From the IMG/VR virus record IMGVR_UViG_2700989574_000004, positions 1-64,000 of that record: DNA of 64,000 nt. One strand, given 5' to 3'. The notes under the pieces are model-generated. The model searched no databases. It had not been told where the DNA came from and saw only the letters and a program-made list of their open reading frames with translations. A program made the translations under genes and the position numbers. The stretch is from a virus. Taxonomy: Duplodnaviria > Caudoviricetes. Below, piece by piece: positions 1-8,392 of this stretch; within the stretch, counting starts at the first letter, position 1; each line of letters begins with the position of its first letter.

Positions 1-1128
1 TCATAAGGCCACCTTTGTCCACCCCTTACCTCGATCATCATGGTACCTATCCGTTTGTTGTTGAGTTTTGTGTCCAAGTAAATCTTTCGTGTTTATACCC
101 TGGGCTTTATATAACCGCTCGGAAAGCGATCTTTGTTCATGGAAAGTTGCCGGTGTACCTTGTCCCCAGTCAATATTGGCACTGTCCCTTGCCTTGCTGA
201 AGTTCATGGTCAGTGTTCTGGGTTTCACCTGTGCTCCTCGCTCAGCCTGTGAGGTGGTTCTAAAGAAATGAACCAAATAAGGGCTTACTGCATAATCCCG
301 GCAACGACTGATTACATCTCGTAGGCTCCAGTTGATTGCGTTGCAACGCAGAGCTAATGGTATAGCGATTTTGCTTCCGGTTTTCTCTTGCTCAACGTGT
401 AGATGATCGTCCCAGATGTCCGAGAATTTCATACGGGATATATCACCTAGTCGCTGTCCTGTTACTATGGCTAAAAGCATGGCGTTCCCCATGTATTTGT
501 GATTTTCATCGGCTATATCAAAAATCTTTTGCCATTCCTCAAGAGTGAGGCGCTGGCGAGTGATCTTTCTACGAGGTTGTTTAGTTGCTAGTGCAGGGTT
601 ATAACCAGGAGGTACTTCTCCCGCATGCTGAGCTTCTTTAAAAACATCTATTAGGACAGAGCGAATGACCTGAGCCATTCTGGGTTGTCCCTCCGCTAAA
701 TATTCATCAAGAATTTGCGCAACATCTCGAACATTGACAGCGGATATTAATTTCATTCCTACTCGTTCCTTAAGCAGAGATACTGGTTTTGCTTTTTGTT
801 TGATAGTGTTTTCTTTAATATCTCCGGACTTTAATCTTTCCTGCTGAATCTTCCAGTAACGTTCAAGCCAAGTGTTAGTTGATATTGATTTTCCTGAGCT
901 GGTGGAAATTCTGTCAGTGATTGCCATTATCTGGCGGGTTTGTTGTTCCGCCAGTCTTTTATTTGCTTCAATAGCTATTGCCGTGGCCTCTGCTTCATCT
1001 GTTCCTAGACTATGAAACTTACCGGTTATCGGGTGCTTATAACGCCAGTATACTTTATTAACCTTCCTGCTGAAGAGCGGGTATAAATTTGGAATAGATA
1101 TATTATTTTTACGTGGTCTGGCAGCCAT
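1..1128 (-). CDS. int: Tyrosine recombinase (phage integrase)
   Basis: N-terminal arm-binding region; catalytic motifs GQRLGDI, FHEQRSL, LLGHK, RYHDDRG. Confidence 0.95.
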   Translation of the reverse strand: MAARPRKNNISIPNLYPLFSRKVNKVYWRYKHPITGKFHSLGTDEAEATAIAIEANKRLAEQQTRQIMAITDRISTSSGKSISTNTWLERYWKIQQERLKSGDIKENTIKQKAKPVSLLKERVGMKLISAVNVRDVAQILDEYLAEGQPRMAQVIRSVLIDVFKEAQHAGEVPPGYNPALATKQPRRKITRQRLTLEEWQKIFDIADENHKYMGNAMLLAIVTGQRLGDISRMKFSDIWDDHLHVEQEKTGSKIAIPLALRCNAINWSLRDVISRCRDYAVSPYLVHFFRTTSQAERGAQVKPRTLTMNFSKARDSANIDWGQGTPATFHEQRSLSERLYKAQGINTKDLLGHKTQQQTDRYHDDRGKGWTKVAL

Positions 1129-1354
1129 CGTTCAAAATCCTCTGCAAAAGAACAGGGTCGCTTTTCTTTACTACAGGAGTGGTCAATGTACCGACCAACT
1201 CAGCATCCTCCCTGACGCGCCAGAATCGACCTTCTTTTTTGGCTGGGGGAGAAAACATATTCTGTTTAGCATAATTCCTGAGAGTGGAAACACTTGGAGG
1301 ATTGCTTCTGTATTTCTCGTTTGCCCACTCTTCAAGGGTTAACATCTGGAGCAT
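1109..1354 (-). CDS. xis: Excisionase
   Basis: Small basic protein MLQMLTLEEW...PPAKKEGRFWRV overlapping the int start; start placed at Met9 of the ORF. Confidence 0.85.
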   Translation of the reverse strand: MLQMLTLEEWANEKYRSNPPSVSTLRNYAKQNMFSPPAKKEGRFWRVREDAELVGTLTTPVVKKSDPVLLQRILNDGCQTT

Positions 1355-1406
1355 ATGTTTTACCTCATTATGGCCCATTGCTGGGCCAGTATCTGAAAAT
1401 AAAAAA

Positions 1407-3545
1407 TCAGTTTTGCATCAATTTTTGCAGTACCTGATTGCCGGCAATTATTCGCTGCCAGATCGCTGATACATAGCGGGCCTGATGAATAGCATCAGCG
1501 AGGGCATTGTGACGAGACCCTTCAAACGGGATCGTTGTTTTGGGGTCGAAGCTAATGGCCTGGCCGAGCTCTACCATTGTTCGTACGTCCCGATCGTTCC
1601 AGTATTCCCACGGATAATCTTCAGCAATGCAATCGTAAGAAGAACGCAGAATAGAGTTGTCGAATGACGCACCGTTACCCCATACCTGCGCCTTTTTGCT
1701 CCCACCAGCGACATTATCAGAAACAAATTCTCTGAACTGGAGTAATGCATCCTGCAACGGGATAGCATCATCATTTACGATCGCAGAGCGTGCTTCGGAG
1801 GACTGCTTCAGCCACCAGATAACAGTAGATGGATCGATTACGGCGCCCCAGTTCACAGAGGATTCAAGGCATACGACTTTATAGAAACTTTCTCCAATAG
1901 AGCCGGTTGCCGGGTCGAAAACAACCGCACCAATAGCGACGATAGGGGCGTTATGTTTTTTACCCATGGTTTCCAGATCAACCATAACGTGAACATAATC
2001 AATTGGCTGATCTTCCTCCTTATTATGATGACCGGGTTTAATATCTACAGCATCCGTTTGATGAATAACTTCATCTGTTTTTTCTTTTTGGTTAACCTTG
2101 CCCGTAACGTCAACAAGACCTTCAATGGAAAATACTCCGTCCCCAATTTTTGAAACTTCAGGCTTCCTAGTCATGGTAAGGTCTTCGGTTATCCACTTCG
2201 GATCAGTAGGGTCGCTAATCCCTTCAACATATTCGCCGCGCTCGGCGGCCAGAACCTGATTAGCGTCTGGACGTTGCTTTTGAGCCTCTTTTACCAGTTC
2301 GGTACCAACTGCTTTAAAGTCGGAGGAGAGTGTTTCCAGTTTTGCGCTGTTATCCTCTCCGGCGATTGCTTGGTTTATTGCATCCAGAGTGACTGCAGCA
2401 GATGGAATATGTCCCGCCTTAGCAAGCGTTTCAGCGCTCGGGGTATCATGCTTATGTTCAGTCAGATTCGCGTTGATGTAGCCTCGCAACCGATCTGGAA
2501 AAGGAGTTATTCCACTGGATGCTTCCCTGATCAGTGCAAAAATCGCTGCACGGGAATAATCAAGGATGCCTGGTGTGCTCCGTAATGCTGCAGACCATTC
2601 TTTAAATGGACTTTCTTTCTTCTGTACTATTTCCTTCGCGCGGCGGTGGACTGATGCCGGAAAATTATAGATATCAAAATCCATAGGCATCGTCGCAAGG
2701 GCGATCTCTATATCCAGAGTATCCAGCGAATGCTGATAATCCGGATTGCGGTCAGTTTTGTTACCGCCACCAGCATTGGCGCCGGTATCGGTTTTGTTTA
2801 TTGAGATGATATAGTTTCCAGCAGCCCATTCCTTTGTAAGGATCCCGCGGTCAATGTGTGACGTTTCAAGCCACAATTTGGCGAACTGAATTTGCTTGCC
2901 GAGCTCATGGCGTTTCCCCACAGGAAATACGCTCTTAAATGCACTGGTAAATTTCCACAGGCCAGGCATATCATATTTTTTAAGCTCCGGAATATTTTCT
3001 GCCGTCAGCAGCAGATTCTGCACACCGTGATTATCCGTATCCATTTCCATCGCTGAAAGGCGGTTACGATGAGGAATGCTAATGTGATACACGTGACGCT
3101 CGTCGGCCATATACTGGGCAAGCAGCTGCGTGCGGAATGACATTTCCGCCAGGTTGAAGAGTGCTTCTTCATTGTTCGAATAGTCTTCTTCATCACTATT
3201 TGCAGGAGAGATATCGTTTTCTGGTTTACTGGAGGGCTGTGGTTCAGCAGCCGCCGGCACAACGATTTTTTGCCATGTCAGCCCGTCTTCACCACCAAGC
3301 TCGTAGCGATCGCACCAGGTGTCATCCAGTACACCTTCTTCCGGTAAGTCATCAACGATGAGCCAGTTGGTGCGGATCGGCAGCTGATGGCTGGCGCCGC
3401 GGCCAACGTTAATTTCAGCGTCTTCCAGGATGTCCAGGATTTTGCGCTCGGCGCGAGAATCGGATTTAGCAGAGAACCAGCAGAAGAGGCTTTTCGCTTC
3501 GTTTGCTTTTGCCTTAGCTTTAATGAGATACGGGTAGTTGTTCAT
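1407..3545 (-). CDS. Exonuclease VIII (RecE)-like N-terminus fused to a DEDDh 3'-5' exonuclease domain
   Basis: RecE-like N-terminal region; C-terminal VMVDLETMG, WGNGASFD, RDVRT and HNALADA motifs. Confidence 0.8.
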   Translation of the reverse strand: MNNYPYLIKAKAKANEAKSLFCWFSAKSDSRAERKILDILEDAEINVGRGASHQLPIRTNWLIVDDLPEEGVLDDTWCDRYELGGEDGLTWQKIVVPAAAEPQPSSKPENDISPANSDEEDYSNNEEALFNLAEMSFRTQLLAQYMADERHVYHISIPHRNRLSAMEMDTDNHGVQNLLLTAENIPELKKYDMPGLWKFTSAFKSVFPVGKRHELGKQIQFAKLWLETSHIDRGILTKEWAAGNYIISINKTDTGANAGGGNKTDRNPDYQHSLDTLDIEIALATMPMDFDIYNFPASVHRRAKEIVQKKESPFKEWSAALRSTPGILDYSRAAIFALIREASSGITPFPDRLRGYINANLTEHKHDTPSAETLAKAGHIPSAAVTLDAINQAIAGEDNSAKLETLSSDFKAVGTELVKEAQKQRPDANQVLAAERGEYVEGISDPTDPKWITEDLTMTRKPEVSKIGDGVFSIEGLVDVTGKVNQKEKTDEVIHQTDAVDIKPGHHNKEEDQPIDYVHVMVDLETMGKKHNAPIVAIGAVVFDPATGSIGESFYKVVCLESSVNWGAVIDPSTVIWWLKQSSEARSAIVNDDAIPLQDALLQFREFVSDNVAGGSKKAQVWGNGASFDNSILRSSYDCIAEDYPWEYWNDRDVRTMVELGQAISFDPKTTIPFEGSRHNALADAIHQARYVSAIWQRIIAGNQVLQKLMQN

Positions 3546-3686
3546 TGCTTTTGGGCTCCTTTGGATTGTAAGATACCCGGCAGCTGATGGCAGCCGCCCT
3601 GGTGGTGGTCATTGGTCAAAACTCGATTCCGGAAAGCTTTGGTCGGCTGACCGGGTACTTAACCCGCCTTGCGCGGGTTTTGTGCT

Positions 3687-4031
3687 TTATGGGGCTGGCG
3701 AATCGCCCCGCAGCAGCTGTGATACGCGAACGTCGTCAAGCGCTCGCAGGATAGGCTCAAAAGTTTTATGGGCTGGCAGTTTAGATACCGCAGTGATCAC
3801 TTCTGTAACGGTGATGTCATCGCCGCGGGGGCTATAACCACCACCTGGGCCACGCTGTGAAATTACCAGGTTACCCGCCCGCAGCTTTTTGAAGATCTGC
3901 TCAAGGTATGAAGTAGACAGCTTTGACTCTTTACTGATGGCCGTCAGTGAAACGGGCGAGCCGTCATAGAGCTTATTCAAAGTGGCGGCGGCCTGGACAG
4001 ATGCCAGAACGCGTTTCATTCCAAATTCCAT
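3687..4031 (-). CDS. Rrf2-family (IscR-like) winged-helix regulator without Fe-S cysteines
   Basis: SYLEQIFKKLRAGNLVISQRGPGGGY matches the Rrf2 signature; RBS GGAGAAG upstream of ATG 4031. Confidence 0.8.
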   Translation of the reverse strand: MEFGMKRVLASVQAAATLNKLYDGSPVSLTAISKESKLSTSYLEQIFKKLRAGNLVISQRGPGGGYSPRGDDITVTEVITAVSKLPAHKTFEPILRALDDVRVSQLLRGDSPAP

Positions 4032-4073
4032 AATCACTTCTCCGGCCGTAACGGCCATTGGTCAAAACTCGAT

Positions 4074-4268
4074 TCAAAAACTCACTGCAGGCTGTTGGTC
4101 GACAGCCATTTTTTGTGCATTTCGGTAGGGGAGGCACTGGCCCAGTACTTTTTGTTCATCGGCGTTGCTGTTGCAACTGGCCTCTGATGGATAAACACCG
4201 ATCAGAACATCAGAGCATTCACCAGTGAGAGCACATACGCTGATGACAAGGGCAAACAGGGTATTCAT
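4074..4268 (-). CDS. DUF1482 / YdfD-like small protein
   Basis: MNTLFALVISVC...C...GVYPSEASC...CLP cysteine pattern typical of the family in early-left operons. Confidence 0.75.
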   Translation of the reverse strand: MNTLFALVISVCALTGECSDVLIGVYPSEASCNSNADEQKVLGQCLPYRNAQKMAVDQQPAVSF

Positions 4269-4387
4269 GCCTCAGCCTCAGGGTTTCCTTTCTGCGCCAG
4301 TAAGTAACACAGATGGCGTAGTCTCACCTCGAACCAGTTCAGGCGGGTCGCCTGGTTCCCGGTAGGTACTCGGGCAAAATCCTTCAT
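4265..4387 (-). CDS. Small early-left protein (40 aa, MKDFARVPTGNQATRLNWFEVRLRHLCYLLAQKGNPEAEA)
   Basis: Translated by hand; RBS GGAGAT upstream; stop overlaps the next ATG (ATGA). Confidence 0.6.
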   Translation of the reverse strand: MKDFARVPTGNQATRLNWFEVRLRHLCYLLAQKGNPEAEA

Positions 4388-4419
4388 AGTTATCTCCAGT
4401 TAACTCAGTATTAGGATGT

Positions 4420-4572
4420 GGTTTTGCAATGCGGCGCCGGGTGCCTCCCGGTGACGGCAGCCAGTTAACAACTACCGCCGACAACTTTTTCCCCACAACG
4501 TGTGAATAACCGCCATGTTTACTTTTTTAACTGTGTCGCGTGCGCATAGCCGCATTCACCGCATTGCAAACC
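4420..4572 (-). ncRNA. C4-like structured RNA (probably c4-2 type), copy 1
   Basis: 12-bp closing stem TTTGCAATGCGG/CCGCATTGCAAA; GGTGAAT entry; CTATGCG loop; hairpin TCACCGGGAGGCACCCGGC shared with 18239-18257. Confidence 0.55.
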
Positions 4573-4598
4573 CTGATTTTTTATTTTCACTACTTCGA

Positions 4599-4677
4599 CG
4601 CGCTTCGTCGGTGGTGTCGTGACGCTGATCTTCACGATTGAGCTTTTTCACCCTGCAATTCACCACCACGAAGCGCG
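4599..4677 (-). ncRNA. C4 antisense-RNA-like structure
   Basis: Closing stems CGCGCTTCG/CGAAGCGCG and GGTGGTG/CACCACC; inner hairpin TCGTGA-AGATCAGCG-TCACGA with a C4-like AGATCAGC loop. Confidence 0.5.
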
Positions 4678-4688
4678 CAGGATTTCCA

Positions 4689-4811
4689 TTACATTTCAGA
4701 AGAGGCGCAGTCTGCCGGCTTACCTGAAAGTGCCGCGGTAAACTCGCTGAAACTCAGTGCCTCTTCACCTTCATAGAGGTTTTCAAAATAGTCTTCGTAT
4801 GCTCTATCCAT
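4689..4811 (-). CDS. Small acidic protein (40 aa, MDRAYEDYFENLYEGEEALSFSEFTAALSGKPADCASSEM)
   Basis: Translated by hand; purine-rich RBS GGGAAGGAAAGAAG upstream; first ORF after pL. Confidence 0.55.
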   Translation of the reverse strand: MDRAYEDYFENLYEGEEALSFSEFTAALSGKPADCASSEM

Positions 4812-4962
4812 ACTTCTTTCCTTCCCTTAAGGCCGGGCAGCCGAACGTTAAACCTGCTGCGGTTGATATTGCTGTCATCTCATCCGGTGTTTCGTATGCC
4901 GCCGGCAGCTACTTCGTGGGCTTCCTGCCTCGATGACCCATACTGCTTTGTGTGTTTTGAAG

Positions 4963-5002
4963 TTTCACATGTCGTGAAATTGTTGTCAATACAAAATGTG
5001 AA
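4963..5002 (-). promoter_or_regulatory. pL/oL: leftward promoter with TTCAC-N5-GTGAA operator
   Basis: TTCACATGTCGTGAA at 4964-4978; TTGACA on the minus strand; the segment is a near-perfect inverted copy of 5512-5550. Confidence 0.75.
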
Positions 5003-5043
5003 GTCAAAATTACTCATTTTGTGTAATTTATTGGTAAGGGTAC

Positions 5044-5067
5044 AAAAAAACCGGCTCAAGGCCGGTT
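5044..5067 (-). terminator. Intrinsic terminator downstream of the repressor gene
   Basis: AACCGGC/GCCGGTT stem followed by a T-run on the minus strand. Confidence 0.6.
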
Positions 5068-5092
5068 ATGCAATGCTTATTTTTTGATTGAG

Positions 5093-5476
5093 TTAGGTGG
5101 GGTTGTATCTACCGCGTAGGTATTTTTCTACATACTCATCAATTTCTTTAAGTCTAAGCTCAAAGGTATCGATCATGCGTTCCTGTTCAGCTTCAGGTAA
5201 TTGATTGAATAGGGAAAGAACCCTTTTTTGTTTGTCTGTTAACCAGTTCGATGGATCACTTTGTTCGCCAAATAAAATCATAACGGGCGTGGTGCCTAAT
5301 GCTTTCGCTAAGGACAATGCATCATCCACACCAACGTTTCGATTGCCATATTCATAATTGGCGACACGCGACGCCCCAGACCAGCCACATAATTTCGCAA
5401 GCTGCCCTTGGCTCATTCCTTTCTCAGTTCTTAGCGCCTTGATGCGCTCACCGATTTCTTCAGCAAGTGTCTTCAT
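5093..5476 (-). CDS. Prophage repressor (XRE HTH, no S24 autocleavage domain; Gifsy/DicA-like)
   Basis: HTH MSQGQLAKLCGWSGASRVANYEYG; only 127 aa; divergent from a cro-like gene. Confidence 0.85.
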   Translation of the reverse strand: MKTLAEEIGERIKALRTEKGMSQGQLAKLCGWSGASRVANYEYGNRNVGVDDALSLAKALGTTPVMILFGEQSDPSNWLTDKQKRVLSLFNQLPEAEQERMIDTFELRLKEIDEYVEKYLRGRYNPT

Positions 5477-5487
5477 ACCCTCACTTT

Positions 5488-5550
5488 ATCACGAAGAGTG
5501 AATATTGGTGATTCACGTTTTGTATTGACAGTTATTTCACGATATGTGAA
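5488..5550 (+). promoter_or_regulatory. pR/oR: TTGACA -35 (5525-5530) with TTCAC-N5-GTGAA operators
   Basis: TTCACGATATGTGAA at 5536-5550, with weaker matches at 5488-5502 and 5512-5525. Confidence 0.75.
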
Positions 5551-5577
5551 CATCGCTTTACACAACAGGAGAACTGT

Positions 5578-5802
5578 ATGAACTACATTTCGCATTTACG
5601 GAAAAAAGCCAACATTTCGCAGCAAGCCTTGGCTAAGGCGGCTGGTTGGAACCAACCTCGGTTAGCCAACTATGAAAAATCCTTACGCGTTCCAAGCCTA
5701 GCTGATTCTCGCCATATCGTGGCCGCACTTAATACGTTAGGGGTTAGTTGTTCGCTTGATGATGTATTCCCTCCAGAACCCTCAAATCCTAGGGAGAAAT
5801 AA
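5578..5802 (+). CDS. Cro-like HTH regulator
   Basis: 74-aa XRE HTH (ISQQALAKAAGWNQPRLANYE), divergent from the repressor. Confidence 0.85.
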   Translation: MNYISHLRKKANISQQALAKAAGWNQPRLANYEKSLRVPSLADSRHIVAALNTLGVSCSLDDVFPPEPSNPREK

Positions 5803-5804
5803 AA

Positions 5805-6359
5805 ATGCAAACCATCTCTTTTGAAAATTATACCCAAGACATGGCGGTGCAACTGAAAACCAAAAATCACTATTCGCTGACGCGCCGCGATCGCCAGAAG
5901 TGTAGGGCTATTTTTGCCGCTGTTCAGGAATGGGAATCTTCATTACCTGGTCGCGCGCAGGAGCTCGTCGCGCAGCTGGTGGCCGAACAGTGGGAGAAAC
6001 AAAACGGGCGCGGTATCAGCGTCAATAAACAAAATCTGTATCGCTACCTGAAAAACGAGGGCGGTTCAGAGAAGTACACCAGTTATGTCATCCAGCTTTC
6101 GGCGGCGATCGCTGATGCAATGCCGATAGAGATCGCGCGCAAACACGGATTGAAACGTGGATTGACTGAAAGCGAGCTGGTGGCTCAAGCAATCAAAGAG
6201 TGTAGCGAAGCGCACCAGGCAAAATTGCTTGGCGCTCCATTGCAAAAGTTAGAGCGTGAAATTCGGGAGGCAGCAATTGCACTTTTTAACATGCTTCCTG
6301 CAGATGCGGCGGGACCACTACTGGCGAGCATAAGCGCCGTAGCGCCACAGTTTTTTTAA
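5805..6359 (+). CDS. CII-like / YdaT-family regulator
   Basis: Position after cro; AQELVAQLVAEQW, NKQNLYRYL and AIKECSEAHQAKLLGAP...LEREIREA motifs. Confidence 0.75.
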   Translation: MQTISFENYTQDMAVQLKTKNHYSLTRRDRQKCRAIFAAVQEWESSLPGRAQELVAQLVAEQWEKQNGRGISVNKQNLYRYLKNEGGSEKYTSYVIQLSAAIADAMPIEIARKHGLKRGLTESELVAQAIKECSEAHQAKLLGAPLQKLEREIREAAIALFNMLPADAAGPLLASISAVAPQFF

Positions 6360-6403
6360 TCGAGTTTTGACAATGGGTACCGTACAGAAAATAGGGGGGC
6401 TTC

Positions 6404-7423
6404 ATGAGCATTGACGCAATGCGATGGGCCAAAAAAGTCAAGACAGGGAAGTCCTCTGCAAAAGCTGTTCTGACCTGGATGGCCGACATGTGCGGAGCTG
6501 ATCTCTGTGCTTTTCCATCCATTCCTGCGCTGGCAGAAGCAACTGAGCTGGATAAGAAAACGGTCCAGTCGAGCCTGCAGTATCTGATTTCGATCGGGCT
6601 TATTGAAGATACAGGTGAACGGCGTGGAAAGACTAAACAAATCCCGGTTTACCGACTTCTTGGTGTGGAAGAAAGCGTTGCTGAAATTGAACACACCCAA
6701 AAACGGGAACATTACCAAAAACGGGATCGTTTAAACACACCCGAAAACGGGGTTGTTACAGCAGAAAAGGCGCCCGAAAACGGGACTGTTTCCTGTACGC
6801 AAAACAACCAAACGATCCCGTTTTTTCCGTCAAACGATCCCAAAAACGGGATCCGGAATCTACCAGAGGAACCAAAAGATATAACCCCCACACATAAGGT
6901 TCTGGTCGAACCAGTTGTGCCTGACTATACGAATCAACCTGGAATAGTTCCTTGTGAAACACAAGCATTCGGAAAATTTGCGATGTATTTCGGATGGAAG
7001 CCTTCCGAGGATTTTCCCCGACTGGCAACGATTTGGGGAATGCCATTAAGACCGGGGGTAAATCTTGCTGCCGAGTTGAGCTGTTTCATCGCGTACTGGC
7101 AGGCTGAAGGCAGGGTGTTTCACCAGGTCCAGTGGGAGCAAAAACTAGCAAGACATCTTAACCGTGCGGAAGTCCGCCAGAAAAAACCAGCGAACGGGAG
7201 TAACGATCATGTGGGAGTACGAGCAGAGCCAGCAGCATCCAGAGCTGTTCAACAGATTCGAGCCGCCCGTGAGCAACGGTTGCGAGTTGCTGGAACAGAC
7301 GGCCGTAGAAACGGCGTGGCGCCTATGGGAAGTGATGGGCGAAATCTTTTCGAACCGATGGATCCTGAAGAACGGAGAGGAACCATCAGAACTCTGGATC
7401 GCTCAGATTGGGTCGATGAGTGA
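6404..7423 (+). CDS. Replication initiator (O-like; N-terminal HTH plus DnaT-like domain)
   Basis: [11 protein letters not shown]...[18 protein letters not shown]; FIAYWQAEG...QWEQKLA; repeated CCAAAAACGGG/CCGAAAACGGG iteron-like units at about 6696-6850. Confidence 0.85.
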   Translation: MSIDAMRWAKKVKTGKSSAKAVLTWMADMCGADLCAFPSIPALAEATELDKKTVQSSLQYLISIGLIEDTGERRGKTKQIPVYRLLGVEESVAEIEHTQKREHYQKRDRLNTPENGVVTAEKAPENGTVSCTQNNQTIPFFPSNDPKNGIRNLPEEPKDITPTHKVLVEPVVPDYTNQPGIVPCETQAFGKFAMYFGWKPSEDFPRLATIWGMPLRPGVNLAAELSCFIAYWQAEGRVFHQVQWEQKLARHLNRAEVRQKKPANGSNDHVGVRAEPAASRAVQQIRAAREQRLRVAGTDGRRNGVAPMGSDGRNLFEPMDPEERRGTIRTLDRSDWVDE

Positions 7424-7880
7424 AGCCCAGATTACGCTGGTTTGCCGGCAGTGCATGGAGCGTTGCGCCGCAGGCAGCACATGGCCGCCGGATCTTGCTG
7501 AGTTCGTTGCGCTGGTGTCTTCCAGCGGTGCTAACCCGTTCAATCTGACATCTGAAGCTGTAATAACGGAATACAAGCGCTGGAGGAACGAGTCTTACCG
7601 ATATTCGGGAAGCGACAAATACCCATGGAAACAGGATGTTCTGTATCACATTTGCATTGAGATGCGCAGAACTGGAGTTGAGAGGAACCTGACGGAGGGA
7701 GAGCTGAAAAAACTGGCAGAAAACTTACTCACGAAATGGACCAAGCACCTGGCTAACGGGTTTTCGATCCCGCCAATTCGTCGGCAGTTGGCAGCACCAA
7801 GGCATCCAGCAGGACCGACGCCAGCGCAGGTTCTGATGGAAGAGTACAAACGCCGCAAGGCGGCAGGTTTAACCAAGTAA
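7335..7880 (+). CDS. Replication protein P-like (helicase loader); start uncertain
   Basis: WPPDLAEF motif and position after O; overlaps the O C-terminus. Confidence 0.75.
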   Translation: MGEIFSNRWILKNGEEPSELWIAQIGSMSEAQITLVCRQCMERCAAGSTWPPDLAEFVALVSSSGANPFNLTSEAVITEYKRWRNESYRYSGSDKYPWKQDVLYHICIEMRRTGVERNLTEGELKKLAENLLTKWTKHLANGFSIPPIRRQLAAPRHPAGPTPAQVLMEEYKRRKAAGLTK

Positions 7881-7893
7881 ACGAGTTTTGACC

Positions 7894-8253
7894 ATGACCA
7901 AACAAATCAAATCTAGATATCGCAATGAAATAACCGCTTTTGAATTCCTCAGGGCTAACCCGGATATGACGTCCTGCGAAATAGCCAGAGCATTGGGGCG
8001 TAGTGGCAGTTCTGTCAGTGGGCAGGTTAAGCAGTTGGCGGGTGCCGGACGGATTGTCCAGACAGGCACTAAAAATGGCACTCCAACGTGGAGAGTTAAC
8101 GATATGCCGTTTGGCTGCGGTAACCCGATCCGAATGAGGTTCGAACAGTTGCTACAAGAATACCGTTTAGAGGCGCAGGGAAGGGGGCGAGTGACTATCA
8201 CGGAACAACAGGATTGCATCGCTGAGCGGAGGCTTGGAGTGATTAATAAATAA
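7894..8253 (+). CDS. Winged-helix DNA-binding protein
   Basis: FLRANPDMTSCEIARALGRSGSSVSGQVKQL HTH; MPFGCGNP...FEQLL tail. Confidence 0.65.
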   Translation: MTKQIKSRYRNEITAFEFLRANPDMTSCEIARALGRSGSSVSGQVKQLAGAGRIVQTGTKNGTPTWRVNDMPFGCGNPIRMRFEQLLQEYRLEAQGRGRVTITEQQDCIAERRLGVINK

Positions 8254-8392
8254 TCAGGCAATCTCAACAAAAGGATTGATTGTCACAACGGGTTATGAGA
8301 TCGACTTGGTGCATGATATTCTTCGGGCCAATTTGTTATGCGCCACCATGAGATGTTATGGCCCGCATGTTTGATACATTAGGATTTTACTT

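Larger units (their letters stand above)
3610..7896. repeat. Dispersed motif CGAGTTTTGAC, 4 copies (3610-3629 and 4056-4075 on minus; 6358-6375 and 7882-7896 on plus)
   Basis: The two minus copies share 20 identical bp (CATTGGTCAAAACTCGATTC); all four share the 11-bp core, sit at gene junctions and are in the sense of the local transcript. Confidence 0.85.

Noticed and set aside
1-60. attL core site
   Set aside because: The window begins at the integrase stop codon, so the attachment site lies outside it.
4278-4496. 72-aa minus-strand ORF
   Set aside because: It runs through the structured RNA element; the 40-aa ORF at 4265-4387 has the RBS and translational coupling.
4420-4677. tRNA genes
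   Set aside because: The multi-stem structures lack a TTC T-loop and D-loop/anticodon geometry, so they are treated as C4-like RNAs.
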